Origin: Magallana gigas
Taxonomy: Eukaryota
Length of the DNA: 64,000 nucleotides
Direction of reading: 5' to 3'
NCBI RefSeq assembly: GCF_963853765.1
Contig: NC_088859.1
Span: forward strand, 8,804,001 to 8,868,000
In this document: positions 61,959 to 64,000 of the stretch, piece by piece
Position numbering within the stretch: position 1 is the first letter of the stretch
How the letters are laid out: each line of letters starts with the position of its first letter
The notes under the pieces: generated by a model
Seen by the model: only the letters and a program-made list of their open reading frames with translations
Databases searched by the model: none
Told to the model about the DNA's origin: nothing
Translations under genes and position numbers: made by a program

Positions 61959-63463
61959 GACGCCTCTAAACGTCTCCCGACAAAGAACGTCCTCACATCA
62001 TGCTCCAGGTGGCAGTAACCCTAAAAAATAATCCCCCACAAAAACAAGATCACAAATCATTTTTATTTGAAGCAAAACTTAACTAGCAATATCCGCCGCC
62101 CACAAAATGACATCATTTCATTGATTACTGGGAGAGGGTGAACTGGTAAATGAAATAGCTGCAATTCTGTTCGTTTTTTCTCGGGCATGGATTGGTGATA
62201 ATGCGATAAGGACGTTAACAATTTGATTCAAAGCTCATCGCAACCTATTATTTACATGAATTAGTGTACATGTAAATACATGACATCCAAATCTATTGAT
62301 TTAGTCAGCGACATTCTAGGACACTCATCTTTCCCCGATTTTGTTTACCAAGTCTCTGGACAGTAAATCCATATTCAGCAATTCCATACAGAACCGATCT
62401 CTAAAATTGTATGGAAGTCGTTTTCCCGATTTCAGAATTTATACCTGCTTTGCGTCGAGTACATTGATCAATGCAATCTAATTAAAGAACCTATACTACG
62501 ACCCGAAGCCTTGTATCTGGTATTCAACCTCATAATTGATTTAAGAATCTAAATCTTAATCAGACTGATAACAATTGATCTGAAATTAAATAAAGATGCA
62601 AGAGAATAAATAAGTCCGAGATTTAACCGAATTTTTCAACAGTATTATTTAAAGGGTTATAAATCTATGTCTTCTAATATTCAAAAGTATATTTTATATG
62701 AACAAAGTCTTGAATTATACTGTAAAAAAAATGCTGGATTCCTTGTTCTACAATCAGAAAATAAATCAAGACACATAATTCTATTATAATTTTTTTTATA
62801 ACTATCTTAGGGACTAGCGATGGTCTACCAGATACTATTTAAGTGCTACTTTATTTCGCTATAAACAAATATGATTAGAAACTGGGAATTTTTTAAAATA
62901 AACCACAAACGACAATTTTAAAAGATGAAAATATTTCATCAATTCAATTCCTTTTGAAAGAGAACAACACGATAGTGTTGAAGTAGAAGGAATAACAGGA
63001 AAGCCAACTCATAGCATTGAACAACCCACAAACCTTATCATCGATTTATACACCTGAGATGGACTTTCAATTACCTGTGATTTTCTCGTACACCGATATA
63101 AAAAGTCAAGCTCCGGAACTGTCATTGGGGGTTCTTAAACGTTTATTGATTCGAAACAGCCAAAAAACGAAGCAAAGCATACAGATTCCTACAGCATAAC
63201 GGTTAATGTATAGGGTCAATTAATTGGTAGCGATAGCGAAACGCAATAAAAATGACTCTGTATTGCTGATTTTCAGGCAATGAGATGGAAATGAATGAGA
63301 TACAAATAAAAAGCCCAAAAATATTCCATGAATACTGTGGAAAGGAATAAACCATACTGATGGTTTGAGTTAGAGATCGTTACGTGCAAATGAACGCATG
63401 TTAGCAGGAACCACTTCGCATGCGAGTCTAAAGTTGTGAAATAACGTTACGTAGGAAGAGAAC

Positions 63464-63471
63464 TGACGTCA
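63464..63471. promoter_or_regulatory. Full CRE palindrome upstream of neurensin
   Basis: TGACGTCA, with TCGCATGCGA (NRF1-like) about 45 nt away; function not demonstrable from sequence. Confidence 0.3.
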
Positions 63472-64000
63472 TCAGACAAAATGCCACCAATAACAGTTGA
63501 TAGTACAATACCATATGACCTTTTAACGTTAAATACGTCATAGAATTTTTGATTAAATGTTGATTGCAGGTCTCTATTCAAATTAAGCGATACTCCAAAT
63601 GTGGTTCACACATTAATTTACAGTTAAATCCCAAGTGGAATACCAAAAAATCCATACTGTACATTGCTTGTCTTCTGTGAACCAGATAAGTTATTGGAAT
63701 AGATAGATTCCACTCTTGGAAATTAAATTAAGTCATTATGATCTAAGAATGCAGTTTAGAGGCCTCAAGTAAGGAAATCGATCTTACTTTACAATTCCCC
63801 ATAATAACCGATGTAAATCTATAGATACTTAACGATTTTTTAAGAAGTCAGACCATGGAATACAAATCTTGCAAGAAATTTTTATATGACTTTGATATAA
63901 TTGTTCGTGGATTTTTTATTTTCATCTCACTGTTGACAGTAATCTAAAAAAAACCCCAGCTAGTCAATAAATTGATGCTTGAGTCTACTTAATCATCAAG

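Overview
AT-rich, intron-dense eukaryotic DNA. It is most likely Pacific oyster or a close relative (Crassostrea/Magallana), inferred from Helentron-like elements carrying a ~166-bp satellite unit and from the gene content. Manual splicing on both strands gives eight protein-coding genes: a GPI-anchored two-Ig-domain cell-surface protein (-), GTF3C3/TFIIIC102 (+, 26 coding exons), a 126-aa single-pass membrane protein resembling KCNE/MinK K+ channel beta subunits (+), DEK (-), RNF144 (+), RRM2 (-), STPG1 (+) and neurensin (-). Intergenic and intronic DNA holds many non-autonomous DNA transposons (some nested, several with 5-6 bp target-site duplications), palindromes, a LINE tail and microsatellites. 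No prokaryotic features, tRNA/rRNA genes or CRISPR arrays were found. Highlights: (1) a candidate molluscan KCNE-like gene; (2) a five-gene run DEK-RNF144-RRM2-STPG1-NRSN whose human homologues lie on one paralogon, with DEK and RNF144 still head-to-head; (3) four independent tandem duplications that copy splice junctions, including a 24-unit array of 5' splice sites in RNF144; (4) a three-level nested transposon whose insertion order can be read from the sequence. Comparisons to vertebrate proteins and loci are from memory and need database confirmation.
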